From assembly GCA_904063045.1 (NCBI GenBank), contig CAJFCJ010000030.1, positions 62,001 to 126,000 of the forward strand: DNA of 64,000 nt, written 5' to 3'. This document shows, one piece after another, positions 28,001 to 40,475 of this stretch. The stretch is from Dimorphilus gyrociliatus (Eukaryota; Animalia; Annelida). The stretch's first letter is position 1. Each line of letters starts with the position of its first letter. The position numbers were made by a program, and so were the translations under genes. The notes beneath the pieces were generated by a model. That model made no database searches, was not told the DNA's origin, and saw only the letters and a list, made by a program, of their open reading frames with translations.

Positions 28001-29789
28001 ATTAAACGAGAAGAGCTATGAAACTGTATTCTCCGCTCAAAGAATGTATTTAAATGGTAATCCGAAAGACTACAAACCAAACGTTTACAGTACTACCTCT
28101 CTTGGGGTTTTATCTTTCTAAGGGAACAGATAGGGGAAGAAAACAAGCATTACTTACCCATTCATTTTCACTTTCAGCGATGGGAACTACATCCATATGA
28201 GCTGTTAGCATGAACGGCTTCAGGGAAGAATTTTTTCCCTCAATTTTATATAAAAGACTATATTCATTGACAATTTCAAACTCGACCAGCGAGCTATTAT
28301 GTAGCAGAGGAAAGCCTGTCAAGTTAAAAATATAATGATGATTAGCTATTTTAAGAAATGAATGTAATAATTGCAGTAACAGCTTCCTGTACTAAAAATC
28401 ATTAAATTTTCAGTTTACTAACCCGGTAAATGGCATTAAAATATTATAAAAAGAATATAGAAAATAACCTGATATCCTACAGATAACACGAAGAGGCAAT
28501 GCCCGCTTTATAGAGCATTGCCCCCAAATTTTTGAAAGTAACTTCAAAATGAATACATAATATTACATAATAATTGATTGAAATGAATACTCTTTTTTTT
28601 TCTTAAAAAGCACACTTCAAGTTGATAATTAGGTTAGAAAAAAATTTCCAAGGTTGAATGACATTTGTTGTGTAGTAACTTAAGAATTACTTGGAAGTAT
28701 GCTATTCTTTGTATGTGATTATAACACATAGCTATTTATAAATAGTGTACTGTTACAATGAATAAATTTTTTGTTAGTCAATTGTAACAGAAAAGGAAGA
28801 ATTCCTCTAAATGCTTAAATTTTGCGCACAAAAAAATCAATTTTTTTCTTATTTATCTCTATAAGTCCTACTAAATTAATAGGTTTGCATAGATACAGAA
28901 ACTACGCCTAGTTTCATTGAATAATTGAGAAAAGTCTATTTATAAGTCTCTTTTTTTAAATGGAATAATAAAGTATATATATGGTAAATATTTTACAACC
29001 AAAACATATTAGTTGTAAAATAGATGCTACTCACTTTAAATGATTAAGCTTTAAAATTTGTGAATGTAAATTATGTGTCACATAGGTTCAATCAGTAACA
29101 AATTGAAATATATTATTGAAATAAATGTCAAAGACCTTGTCATCGGTCAAGTACTTGTCCTTGGAATTTTCCTCATTCTTTTTTTTTTATGATTTAATGA
29201 TTGAGTAACTATTTATAAAATATTGTATAAATTGATTCTCCAGAATGGTTATTATAAAATATTCTTTGGTAAAAAATCTCATCTACGTGCTACATAAGTT
29301 GTTTTAGCTTTACAGACAGTCTGTAGTTGTGAATATTCCCTTTTTCTGAGACAATGCAAATTACTACAGTATGCATTTTTATTTGAAGATGTATATGACA
29401 TTCGTTACGTCGAATTTATTACCCAATAATCAAGTCAATGACTGGTGAAACAAGTTTTTGACCTATGACATCATTATAGGACATACATCGGATATTGACC
29501 TGATCACGTTATATGTATAATACTCACTTTTATATATGAATTGTTGTAATTTTTTCAATTCCTGGAACTCTTGATCTCCCCATTCCCGAGATATTGTTCT
29601 AAATTTGAGAGCATCCTGAAATCGGATCAGTCTATCCCCATTCACATGAATGTAATCTCTGTCTTGTTTTTTACAAACAACCCTCGCCTGAGGTCTAGGT
29701 TTAATCGACAGTGTTCTTATTAGAAGAATAAGTCCAATGATTGCAGAAAAAGTTCCAACTGTTGAAATTGTGATCGTTTTCAACTTCAT
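25046..29789 (-). CDS. PM20D1: Peptidase M20 domain-containing 1 (N-fatty-acyl amino acid synthase/hydrolase); 5 exons (29789-29528, 28315-28158, 26403-26323, about 26260-26032, about 25920-25046)
   Basis: N-terminal hydrophobic anchor. M20 metal-binding motifs MLTAHMDVVP, RGTIDDK, GHDEEVGG, LDEG, GGHSSMPP, ANTDTRHY and FHGVNERI are all intact, and the exons I joined are in phase. Confidence 0.92.
26549..28121 (+). CDS. Tandem GNAT (YitH/Acetyltransf_18-like) N-acyltransferase nested in PM20D1 intron 2; 3 exons (26549-26662, about 26763-27119, about 27646-28121)
   Basis: GYNVREMTLED, FYMGEIDG, acyl-CoA motif YYVKKEYRKRGFGTRL, second domain IIDYDNNC..RRAFLLKW..GKIVGYG..IGPLYADSDEIA. All exon junctions are phase 0 and GT-AG. 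Confidence 0.8.
27452..27494. repeat. Imperfect (GA)n microsatellite in intron 2 of the nested GNAT gene
   Basis: gagagagagacagagagagagagccagagagagag visible directly. Confidence 0.85.
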
Positions 29790-30064
29790 TGCTCTCTCAC
29801 CAGCTTTCGGCGCGATCTCCTTCGAAGCTTAATATCTGTGTCCTGATAAGACTATCTCTTCAAGTATCGATACTTGCTATTATTTTAATTTAATCATGAA
29901 AACTCGGCCATAAAAATTTCCCTGTAATAATTAATAGAGTGAAACGTCTGACGTTCTTATTCATAAGAACACTGCGTAGCTGCTAAAGTCGAAATGGTAT
30001 TCCATTTCGTTCGCGTAGTCCAGAATCCTAACTCGAAAACGTGGTTGGTCTATTTTAACAAATT

Positions 30065-33000
30065 ATGTGGTCTATAAGCAAAAGTATACGTAGATTCTCA
30101 ACTGCAGCTGTAAGTGATTAAATATCACATACCAATAGTGATATCAATTTATAGATATGATGAAAATTTAAGTTTTTATTAATTAGACTTTTCCTTTCCT
30201 TTTTTGCCTATATAATAGAGACGGCTTGACCAACTGAAAGTTGCAATTATAGGTCAAAGTCAATTTGGAGCTGAAGTGTACAATCTCGTTAAGTCTAAGC
30301 ATAACATTGTTGGAGTTTTCACTGTGCCTGACATTCAAGGACGACCTGATCCATTAGGTATGCTTATGTCTTCAGTTTAAAGGGCACTCAATGTGAAATT
30401 CTACATTTATTTCTGTATTTATAAAATTTTTAATAATAACAGCTGCCGTTGCGGAAGAAGATGGTACTCCGGTTTTTAAGTTTAAACGCTGGAGGCAAAA
30501 GGGACAAGCCCTGCCAGATGTTCTCGATCAATACAAGAGTGTGGGTGCAAATTTAAACGTTCTCCCATTTTGTACTCAATTTATACCAATGGAAGTTATT
30601 ACTCATCCTAAACATCAAAGTATTTGCTATCACCCTTCGATACTTCCCAGACATAGAGGTGGATCAGCTATCAATTGGACACTAATTGAAGGTGATAAGA
30701 AAGGTGGATTTTCCATTTTTTGGGCTGATGACGGGCTAGATACCGGACCAATTCTGCTTCAAAGGCAGTGCACAATTGAAGCTGCAGATACTGTAGACCG
30801 TCTATACAATCGCTTCCTTTATCCAGAAGGTATTAAGGCAATGGGAGAAGCCGTTGACATGGTTGCCGCAGAAACTGCTCCGAAACTTGTGCAAACTGAA
30901 GAAGGGGCAACTTACGATCCTCTTTGCAGAAAAAACACAGCTGAAATTAACTTTAACAACTCTGCCTGGTCCATTCATAATTTCATCAGAGGACACGATA
31001 AAGTTCCTGGTGCGTGGGGTATAATAAACGGCGAAAAAGTTACCATGTACGGTTCAAGTATGTGGATTGGAGAACCACCTACTGGAGAAATATTGAAAAT
31101 CAACGGATTAACATCTCCAGCAATCGTACATAGTGATGGCTTAGCTATACAAGGAACTGACGGAAAATGGGTAAGAGCTCTTAATTTTTTCACTTTTAAT
31201 AGCAAGACTCATTATATTAAATTTTTTTTATAAAAAGTTAAGTGTTGCTCAATTGCAATTCGAGAATGGAAAGATGATCAAAGCTAGTAAGTTTGGTGAA
31301 GATGAAGAAGCCGTTGTAATTGAATTTACTGAAGAAGAAAAACAATATGAAAATACAATTAAGGTAATGCAAATTTTCAGTTAGCTGAATTTATTGTGAT
31401 ATAATAAAGTTTTATATTTTAATTATTTCATCTATAGGATATTTGGAAAGGAATTTTGAGTAATGATAATATCGTGGGTGATTCTGATTTCTTCAAGATG
31501 GGCGCCGGTTCTATGGAAGTTGTACGTCTCGTTGAAGAAGTAAAATCACGTTGCGATGGTATTACTTTGGCCAATGAGGAAGTTTATATGGCAACTTCTT
31601 TTGACGAATTTGTTAGAGCTGTTATCCTCAAAGGTAGAGGAGGCGATGCAGTTGCCGAAATCGAGTATGATGCTGTCAAAATCCATGCCAATGATATGGA
31701 TCTAAGTTTTCCAAATCAAATCTTCATTAACAATAAATTTATGGATTCTTCGGATGGAAATACTTTCGAAACAATCGACCCAACAACTGAAAAAGTCATA
31801 ACTAAAGTTTCCAAGGCAACAAAAAAAGATGTTGACAAGGCAGTTGAAGCTGCGAGAAAAGCATTTGAAGAGGGAGAATGGGGAAAAATGAATGCTAGAG
31901 ATAGAGGTCAACTTATGTACAGATTAGCAGATTTAATGGACCAACACAAAGAAGAGTTGGCAACTCTTGAGTCTATGGATAGCGGGGCTGTTTATACTCT
32001 TGCTCTCAAAACTCATATTGGTATGTCAGTCGACACTTTTAGATACTTTGCTGGATGGTGCGATAAGATTCAAGGTACAACTATCCCAATAAACAATGCT
32101 AGACCAAACAAAAATTTGACATACACCAAAAGGGAACCAATTGGAGTATGTGGTATTATTACGCCATGGAATTATCCACTTATGATGCTTGCCTGGAAAA
32201 TGGCTGCGTGCCTCGCAGCAGGAAATACAGTTGTTCTAAAACCAGCTCAAGTAACACCTCTTACTTCGTTAAAATTTTGCGAATTGGCTGCCAAGGCTGG
32301 TTTTCCCCCAGGTGTAGTAAATGTTGTTCCAGGATCGGGATCTGTTTGCGGACAAGCTATTGCCGATCATCCGAAAGTTAGGAAGCTAGGTTTCACTGGC
32401 TCAACCCCGATTGGAAAAACTATCATGGAAAGCTGCGCAAGCAACATTAAAAAAGTATCTTTGGAGTTGGGCGGAAAATCTCCCCTTATGATTTTCAGTG
32501 ATTGTGATATGGATAAAGCTGTTCGAAACGCATGTAGTGGAGTTTTCTTTAACAAGGGAGAAAATTGCATTGCTGCTGGTCGTTTGTTTGTGGAAGAAAA
32601 AATTCATGATGAATTTGTTGAAAGAGTTGTTGCTGAAGTGAAGAAAATGAAAATTGGAAATCCTCTGAATAGAGATACAGATCACGGACCTCAGAACCAC
32701 AAAGCTCATTTGGATAAACTTCTTGAGTACTGTGACATTGGTGTTCAAGAGGGCGCTACATTGGTATACGGTGGAAAGCGAGCTGACATGCCCGGCTTAT
32801 TTATGGAACCAACTATTTTTACCGACGTTGAAGATCATATGATGGTAGCTCAAGAAGAATCTTTTGGACCTATCATGATTATATCCAAATTCCGTGAAAG
32901 TGAAATGGATGATATGTTAAAGAGAGCTAACAATACGGAATTTGGTCTGGCGTCTGGTGTATTCTCCAATGATATTAATAAAGCGCTATATGTAGCCGAC

Positions 33001-33223
33001 AACATTCAAGCAGGCACTGTTTTCGTTAATACCTACAATAAAACCGATGTTGCCGCTCCTTTTGGAGGATTTAAGCAATCTGGATTTGGCAAAGATTTGG
33101 GTAATTATAACGTCTTAATATATTTATAAGCATTCCGTAAAATTTTAAATGTCTTTTTCTTAATTAGGCCAAGAAGCACTGAATGAATATTTGAAGACAA
33201 AAGCTGTTACAGTTGAATATTAA
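30065..33223 (+). CDS. ALDH1L: 10-formyltetrahydrofolate dehydrogenase (formyltransferase, ACP and ALDH domains) with a putative mitochondrial leader; multi-exon
   Basis: Leader exon [15 protein letters not shown] (30065-30109), then [103 protein letters not shown], ending [12 protein letters not shown]-stop at 33221-33223. Confidence 0.97.
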
Positions 33224-33852
33224 ATGAAGCTTGTATTAATTTTGATATACATTTGCTATCAAATGCCATACAATTAAAGTAATAAAAATCTTTGCTTAAA
33301 TAAAACTGTAGAATAATATTTTTAATTTTTTCAAATTTTTTCAATTAACGATGAAAGCTTTACTATTTTGATTGATTTTTCAAAAAACTATCACACATGA
33401 ACAACGCTTGAACTACTTTTTCTAATTTAACTCTATTTAGTTACTTTTTAAATACAGTAACATGGGTATATCTATTTTTCAAACATAACCGAGCGATAAT
33501 ATAATAAGCTCTTTAAGTCATTGTTGATATATTTTTTAATATTTACAAAACATATGCTTTCCCAATTGAGTTGAATTACTTTGCTAAAATTTAAATTATC
33601 GTTCTTCAATGATATTAGAGTAATATAAAAAAAATAAAGATATATTTCTTCTACACAAATAGTGGGAAATCGAAGAAAAATGTTAGATTTACAAGTTTCT
33701 TTTGAGATACTATACTTTGCATAGTTTATATAAAAATAAAATATTATAAACTAAATATTTAAAAAGAATTAATAAGAAATGTTCAGAAACTGTAGTGTAC
33801 TCTGATAATTAAACACGATCCTTATCAAAAGAAAATTACGAAACATTCCAAC

Positions 33853-35611
33853 ATGGCTGAGGTCAAAAAACCGACTGTCTTCTGGGGACAAAATAAAAGC
33901 CAAATTTCTTTGAAAGTTGATTTGCAAAATATTATTGTTAGTATTTAACTGTTGTTAATTGATATTTTTAAAATAATGTTTGAAAAATATATATTGTAGG
34001 ATGGTCCTAATGTGGAAATCACCGAAGACAAAGTTACGTTCTCAGCAACAACTCGTTCACCAAACAATGGAATAAACAAATACGAATTTGAAATCGTTTT
34101 TTATTTACCAATTGATCCAGAGGTGTTATTTAAACCATACTTTTTAATAATTAACGCTATTTAAAAAAATTAACAAATTAATTCTCTTAGTTTAAATTAA
34201 TCTTAAATACTTGTACATAGACGGTTTTTAATATTCTAACTAATTAACAAACATATTATAGTAGACTATGATTTATATTCTAAAAGGAAAAGATTTCTTT
34301 TTTATAAAAGTTAACTAATGAAATTATTTATTAAGAAAAATGGTCTATGATAAAAACAGTGAACTTTGAAAACATATTATCTTTTGATATAAAATGTATC
34401 TTTATTTACGATTAAATAACTTTTTAATTTTTTTAGAATTCGACATGGCAAGCTAAACCTCTTAATGTTTTATTTGACCTTCGAAAAGTAGGAGAAGAAA
34501 CATGGCAAAGATTGACTTTTGAACAAAAAAAATTGTTTTGGTTGAAAATAGACTTTGACAAAGTTCACTATAGTGATTCAGAAGATGAAAAGAAGCCTAG
34601 CTTTGAAGATTTGAGAAAACTAGATGATTTATTAAAAGACAATAAAGAAGCAGATAAAAGTTCTAAAATTAAATTTCGAATAGTTTATTTATTCTTATTT
34701 AGTATGTTTCAATGGATTGGATATAACTATGTAATTCTGGGATTATTTGCGTGTATGAGTGTAAAAAGTTCCGAAGGTAATTAGTGAAATCTTAATCTTA
34801 ATTACAGTATATCTGTATTTATTTTGTATATATTTTGTTTAGGTTCTTTAAATCTGGCATATAAATTTGTGGAGAAGCCATTGAAATTATGTCAAATTGC
34901 GTCGTGTATGGAAATCGTACATTCTTTATTAGGCCTTACAAAAGGATCTATCGTTGCACCTTTGATGCAAGTTTTTGGTCGTAATTTTGCTTTGTTTGTT
35001 GTGTTATCATCAGAAGAACGACTACACAATAATAGTCTTAATTGGTATTTATTTTTTGCATGGTCGATAGTTGAAGCAGTCAGGTAAAACTTTATATACT
35101 TCAATCTATTGTTAGAATTAATTTTATATGAATTCCTGCTTTTAAAGGTTTCCATACTACATGTTTACCTTATTGAAAAAGGAATATAAATGGTTAACTT
35201 GGTTACGATACACCATATGGATTCCATTGTATTCTATGGGTGGAGTAAGTGAAGGTAATTTACTGAAAATACTGCAATAATGGAATTACCTGTAATATGC
35301 CGTAAATTTTATTATTAAAATATTTAGCTCTTCTCTTCCTAAGAGCGATTTCGTATTTCGAAGAAACTGAAAAATGGTCTATTTCTCTGCCTAATGTATT
35401 CAATTTCTCCTTCTACTTTCCATATTATTTAAAAGTTCATCTTGTTGGACTTTTTATAGGTTTGTTTAACAATATTACAAATTTCAACTCATGAATATTC
35501 AATATATATTTACAATTATTTTCTTTCTATTTAGGAATTTCATTTTTAATGAAACATATGATGGTAGCTAGAAAAAAGAAATTAGGTGGTGGAAAAGCTA
35601 AACTTCATTAG
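33853..35611 (+). CDS. HACD3: Very-long-chain 3-hydroxyacyl-CoA dehydratase 3 (CS/p23 domain plus PTPLA domain); multi-exon
   Basis: N-terminal PTVFWGQ CS domain, WLKIDFDK, CQIASCMEIVHSLLGLTK, MQVFGRNF, WSIVEAVRFPYY, WLRYTIWIPLY. C-terminal dilysine-type KAKLH-stop. Confidence 0.93.
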
Positions 35612-37190
35612 AAAAAAATTTGTCTTTTTGCTACTATGATGTTGTGCATGCTAAAAGTTTTATTTTAAATTGTTCATATCAAAATTAGATAGAATGTAGT
35701 ATCATACAATAATTTTAATTTCTCTTTATTATTTTCCATTTAGTCTGCTGAAGAAACTGTAAAGAAGACAAATAAGAAGAGGTTATAGCCTCTTTTTTAA
35801 ACCTTACAAAACACATGAATAAAATTTCATTTTCATAGAATGAAAGTTTTAATGAGATATGGAAAATTGTGTTTTAGTAACAATTTTCTAAAAGTAATGG
35901 ATTTAATCTTAGTCGGAATTAACTGTACTTTGAACTACATTCAATAATAATCCAAATTTAAAACATTAAAATTAGAATGTATAGTCTAATTTTCCGATTA
36001 AAAACATCAAGTTTGTCTTTAGAAAATTGATTTGTCCTCATTCCTTTCAGATTATCACAAACCTAATAAATTTCATTTGCTATTTACCATATAATTCTAT
36101 TATTCTAAAGTCATGTGATAAAACAAAATACTGATCATACTAAATGTTTAATTCTTTCGTAAATACAGACAAACAAATGCGTTTTAAAAGTTATTACTTC
36201 CGTTTTAAATACAAAATATATTGAAAATAGTTTGCCCATCTACGCATAAAACTTTCTCGTATGAACGATTTACCGCCAGATGTATAAATGTACAGTAATA
36301 TTTTATCTTATTATTCTATATATTGAAAAGAATATTCTAATTACGTCATCAGTAATCATCATTTTATTATTTGAATTAAAAGGAGAGTGTAAGATTTGAG
36401 TGTTAAAGATCAGCTAGGCTGGAGATTACACAACCTGTTACACTTATAGAATCACGTAGCATACAGTATTAAGATAATTGGAAAAGATAACGTTATATAA
36501 CAATTTCTTTTGGTTTCTTTTAAGAAGACGATTTATTAATATTCAATTCGTATAACATATATTCAAGTCTGTTACAGTTATTTATCGATTATAAGAGGTG
36601 TTTTAAAGCCAAATACAATATTCAAAGCTGACATATCGAATAGTTTTTCATTAGTTTCTTTTTTTTCTCATCAGTATCTCTTTCTCTCATATCATACTCC
36701 ATCCTACTCTACTTTCTCTCTCTCTCTCTCTCTATCTCTCTCTGCTTATCATACTTTCTTAAAAACTTTTTAAACTTTATGTATAAATTTTATAAGCCTA
36801 TAGATATTGAATATAAACTAATGAAATGCACTCTCTTCCAAAGTTGCACTACACTTGAGAGATATTGCCATTTTTCTTAAAACGTATGGTAGAAGGAAAC
36901 GATAAACTTTCAACTTGTTTGTTTTCTAGTATCTTCTTTTGCAGTTGTATCAATTAAGAAAAAGTAAGATATATATATAAAGAGACTATTACATAATCTA
37001 TAATAATAGCGCCAATTTAAGTCAATTATGCTAGTAAATTCGCTAAAAAAAGTCTCCTACAGATAAAATTGATATTTTGACTAGGTGTCGTTACTGGTTT
37101 AAATAATTTATTATTCACTTACAATCGGGCACTTAACAAGCATCAAAGATCTATAAGAAATCTGAAAAGAAATATATCTAATAGTAAAAG

Positions 37191-40100
37191 ATGATTGAAG
37201 AGGAAAATAAACAAGTATTGGACAGCTCTAGTCCAATAACCTATGGTGCTAATTATCCTTCAAAAATGTTTGAAAATAGGGAAAAAAGATCAGATAACAG
37301 AGTGGACTATTGTCGACTATTTAAACGAAATTGGAAACCAACTATTGCTTATTGCAGTGTATTTTTATCGTTTGGAATATCTGTTGGCTTTTTAGGTCCT
37401 ACCCTACTAGATTTAAGTTGTTTAACCTCAACAACCCAAGATTTACTTAGTTGGATATTTTTCGCCCAGCTCTTCTTTACGCTAATAGGAGCTTTGATTT
37501 CTGGTGGATTTTCTCATAAGTAATTCATTATACATTATCTATAAAATATATGCATATATTTATTAATTTATAAATGATATATACTGTATTTAAAGCTAAA
37601 ATCAAATAACAAAAATGTTATCATTTTTAATACAGTGGAATTAAACAATGCGTAATATATATATAATGCATGCAAACTAATATTTAATATTTATATAATA
37701 TGATAGTCTCGTGGATATTTCAGTATACCTGTGCATATTTATTATTTATTAATTAATTATAGGATAAATTCACACGTTACTCTGACCATCTCTATTCTAT
37801 GTATACCAATCCTTATGTCCTTGGTAAATATGCTTCTCTGTACTTATAATTATCATTATTATCATCATTATTACCTTTCAAATCATATTTTATTTCATGT
37901 GACAGATCAGCTTTTGTAAAGAATTATGGAAATTGGCTTTATTGCTGGCCATTATGGGTTTATTCATGGGATCTATAGACACTTTAGCTAATTGGAAAAT
38001 GCTTCAACTTTATCAAGACTCTGTTGCTCCATTTTTACAGGCAATGCATTGTTCCTATGGTCTTGGAGCTTTTCTTTGTCCTATAATTGCTGAACCATTC
38101 ATTTTAAATGAAGATTGCAGTGCAATAATTCAAGTTGAGAAAGATAATTTTTCTATATATCATAATAACTTAAATAAAGATGATTTCCAATAGAATATGA
38201 CGATTATAAGGAGACATAGAAATTTATCAACTTTTAATCATTTAAGAGAAGGCTTGGATAAGGCTCGAAATAGGACTGAAGTGAAATTTGCCTATTGGAT
38301 TTTAGCTTCAATTCAATTACCTGTAGTGCTTATGCTTATCTACTTAATTTTAACAGAGAATAAAGTGGACAAAGCAAATGAAGAACTATCGCTGAAAGTT
38401 GTGGCTAATGCGAATGAAGAAGAAGGTAATTTTGAATGATTCTACTGATTATACATAATCATTCTTCTAGTAATTTCCATTATAAAATAATTAATTTTTT
38501 ACATTTAAGACCAAGAGGAGAATTCCCAAGGAAAAGAAGTAACTAATAAGTTATGCTCTCCAGTACCAAACTGCTATGTTTTAACCATCATCTGTTTCTC
38601 TAGTCTAGTGCTCTTCTTCTTGAATGGTTCTAATAGCGTTATAGAGTATTCATACTGATGTATATATATTAACGGATGAAAATCTTATTCTACAGGTATG
38701 GAGTCATCGTTTGGTGGATACATATTTTCATACTCAGTGAGAAGTATAGCAAAGATGGAAGTAACAGAAAGCGCCTATCTAAATGCTTGTTTTTGGGTAA
38801 AAAAACAACTGTTATAACATATTATGATAATTCATATTCCTAGAATTCTTTAAGCAAACAGTAAAGGTCTAGTACACAATATAAGTAGATTAAATAATCT
38901 CAATACTTCTTTTTCCTATGGTTAATTAATTAAAACCACTAAAACCGAAGTGATGAGGGACGGGATAGCAAAAATTCAAAGCCATAGTAAATAATTATTA
39001 AAGATAAATAATATATTGCATAGGATATTTCTTTCCAATATTGTCTTTTCTGTTCATATCCATTCTAAAGATGGAGGAAAAGGAGGGAAAAAAGAGAAAA
39101 CTATAAATTCTTCTTCTTAAGTTAATCTAATCGATTTGTCTCTTTCAAAGATATGAAATATTGAAATGTTATTTTCTTTATCCAAAATTAAAAAGGGAAC
39201 ATTTACACTTGGTCGTTTCATCGCTATATTTTTCGTTGCCAAGTTCACCTCTGCTTATTTAATATCATCCAGCTTAGTAAGTACTTTCCTTCAATATTTA
39301 AAAGATTTGAGTCTCATTCCTCTCCTTATAGTTTGGCTGTTGTATGGCATTGCTCATTATGACATGCTTTAGACACGATCATATTGTATTATACGTTGGA
39401 ACTGCAATATTTGGTTTATCTCTGAGTAGCTTGACACCCGGATGCTATTCCTTAGCAGAAAAATATGTTGACTTATCATGTTTGTGTTCAATTTGCAATA
39501 ATGCTATCTTAATTATGAATATCAATTAGCGTCTACAACAGCATTTCTTGTAATAATGGCAGCACTTGGAGAAAGTATATTCCCAGTTATTCTAGGAAAT
39601 GTAAGAAGAATAAGTTATATATATAACCTACTTTTTTAGTTCTAAAAATTTAACGCTATTTCTTTTAGTTGTTCCATAGATACGGTCCCGTATCTTTACT
39701 AGCCTTTAACTTGGCTAATGCTATTATCGGCTTTTTTGCTTTTCTCTGTCTTTGGTTTCTTGGCAGGTCATCCCCGAAGACCAGCGGTAAGTGCCACCTA
39801 GAGTTTATGTTTAGAAACACCAAACTACAACCATATTTACAAATTTATTACCATTTGAGCAGAGAAAAAATCACGAAAGCTTTCCTGATAATAAATTATC
39901 ATGGTTAGAAAATTTTTCAGATAGAGAGGTTTTGCTTTTTTCTAGGTCATTTGATTCTTATTTAAGAGACTTAATTTTTTTAAGTACCAAGGAACCATAT
40001 AACCTTTTCAAATTTTATTTCTATTAAATATTTCGGCTAAAATGACAATCTACTAAAATAAATGCAATTTCGAAAATTTCCAGAACTTACAGTTCGAACA

Positions 40101-40199
40101 CAACAGAACTAAGCAAAGCTAATTTTCACATTTCTTTGTCTCCTAGGTTATAAATGCTTCAACAAATACGAACAACATATATTCTTAGTGAAAACTTGA
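37191..40199 (+). CDS. Major facilitator superfamily transporter, MFSD4/NaGLT1-like; multi-exon, last exon approximate
   Basis: WKPTIAYCSVFLSFGISVGFLGPTLLDL, GLFMGSIDTLAN..LYQDSVAPFLQAMHCSYGLGAFLCPIIAEPF, GMESSFGGYIFSYSV, FWGTFTLGRFIAI, ALGESIFPVILG. Confidence 0.8.
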
Positions 40200-40475
40200 A
40201 GAAATTGAAACCAGTATCAACACCTTCCATATATTATTTTTGTTATTCTTACTTTATAGCCATTTACAGCATAGCAGAAAGATTATAGAAGAAAAACGAA
40301 GAGAGTCCATTCATATGTGTATATGTGCGTATGTGTAAGTGTACGTGAAAAATATCTGCATTTAAAAAAGTTATTCTCGTATTTAATTTTGTTTTACGAC
40401 TATTTAAAATAAATAATTGTCATCCTTAACTGTTTGTGCTCACCCAGTTTAAATCGTAAATTTTGTCTCTATTCT

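Noticed and set aside
38134-38196. Apparent in-frame TAG (38191-38193) splitting the MFSD4-like ORF, suggesting readthrough or a pseudogene
   Set aside because: The TAG is the acceptor of a 60-nt phase-0 GT-AG intron (38134-38193), and splicing restores the frame.
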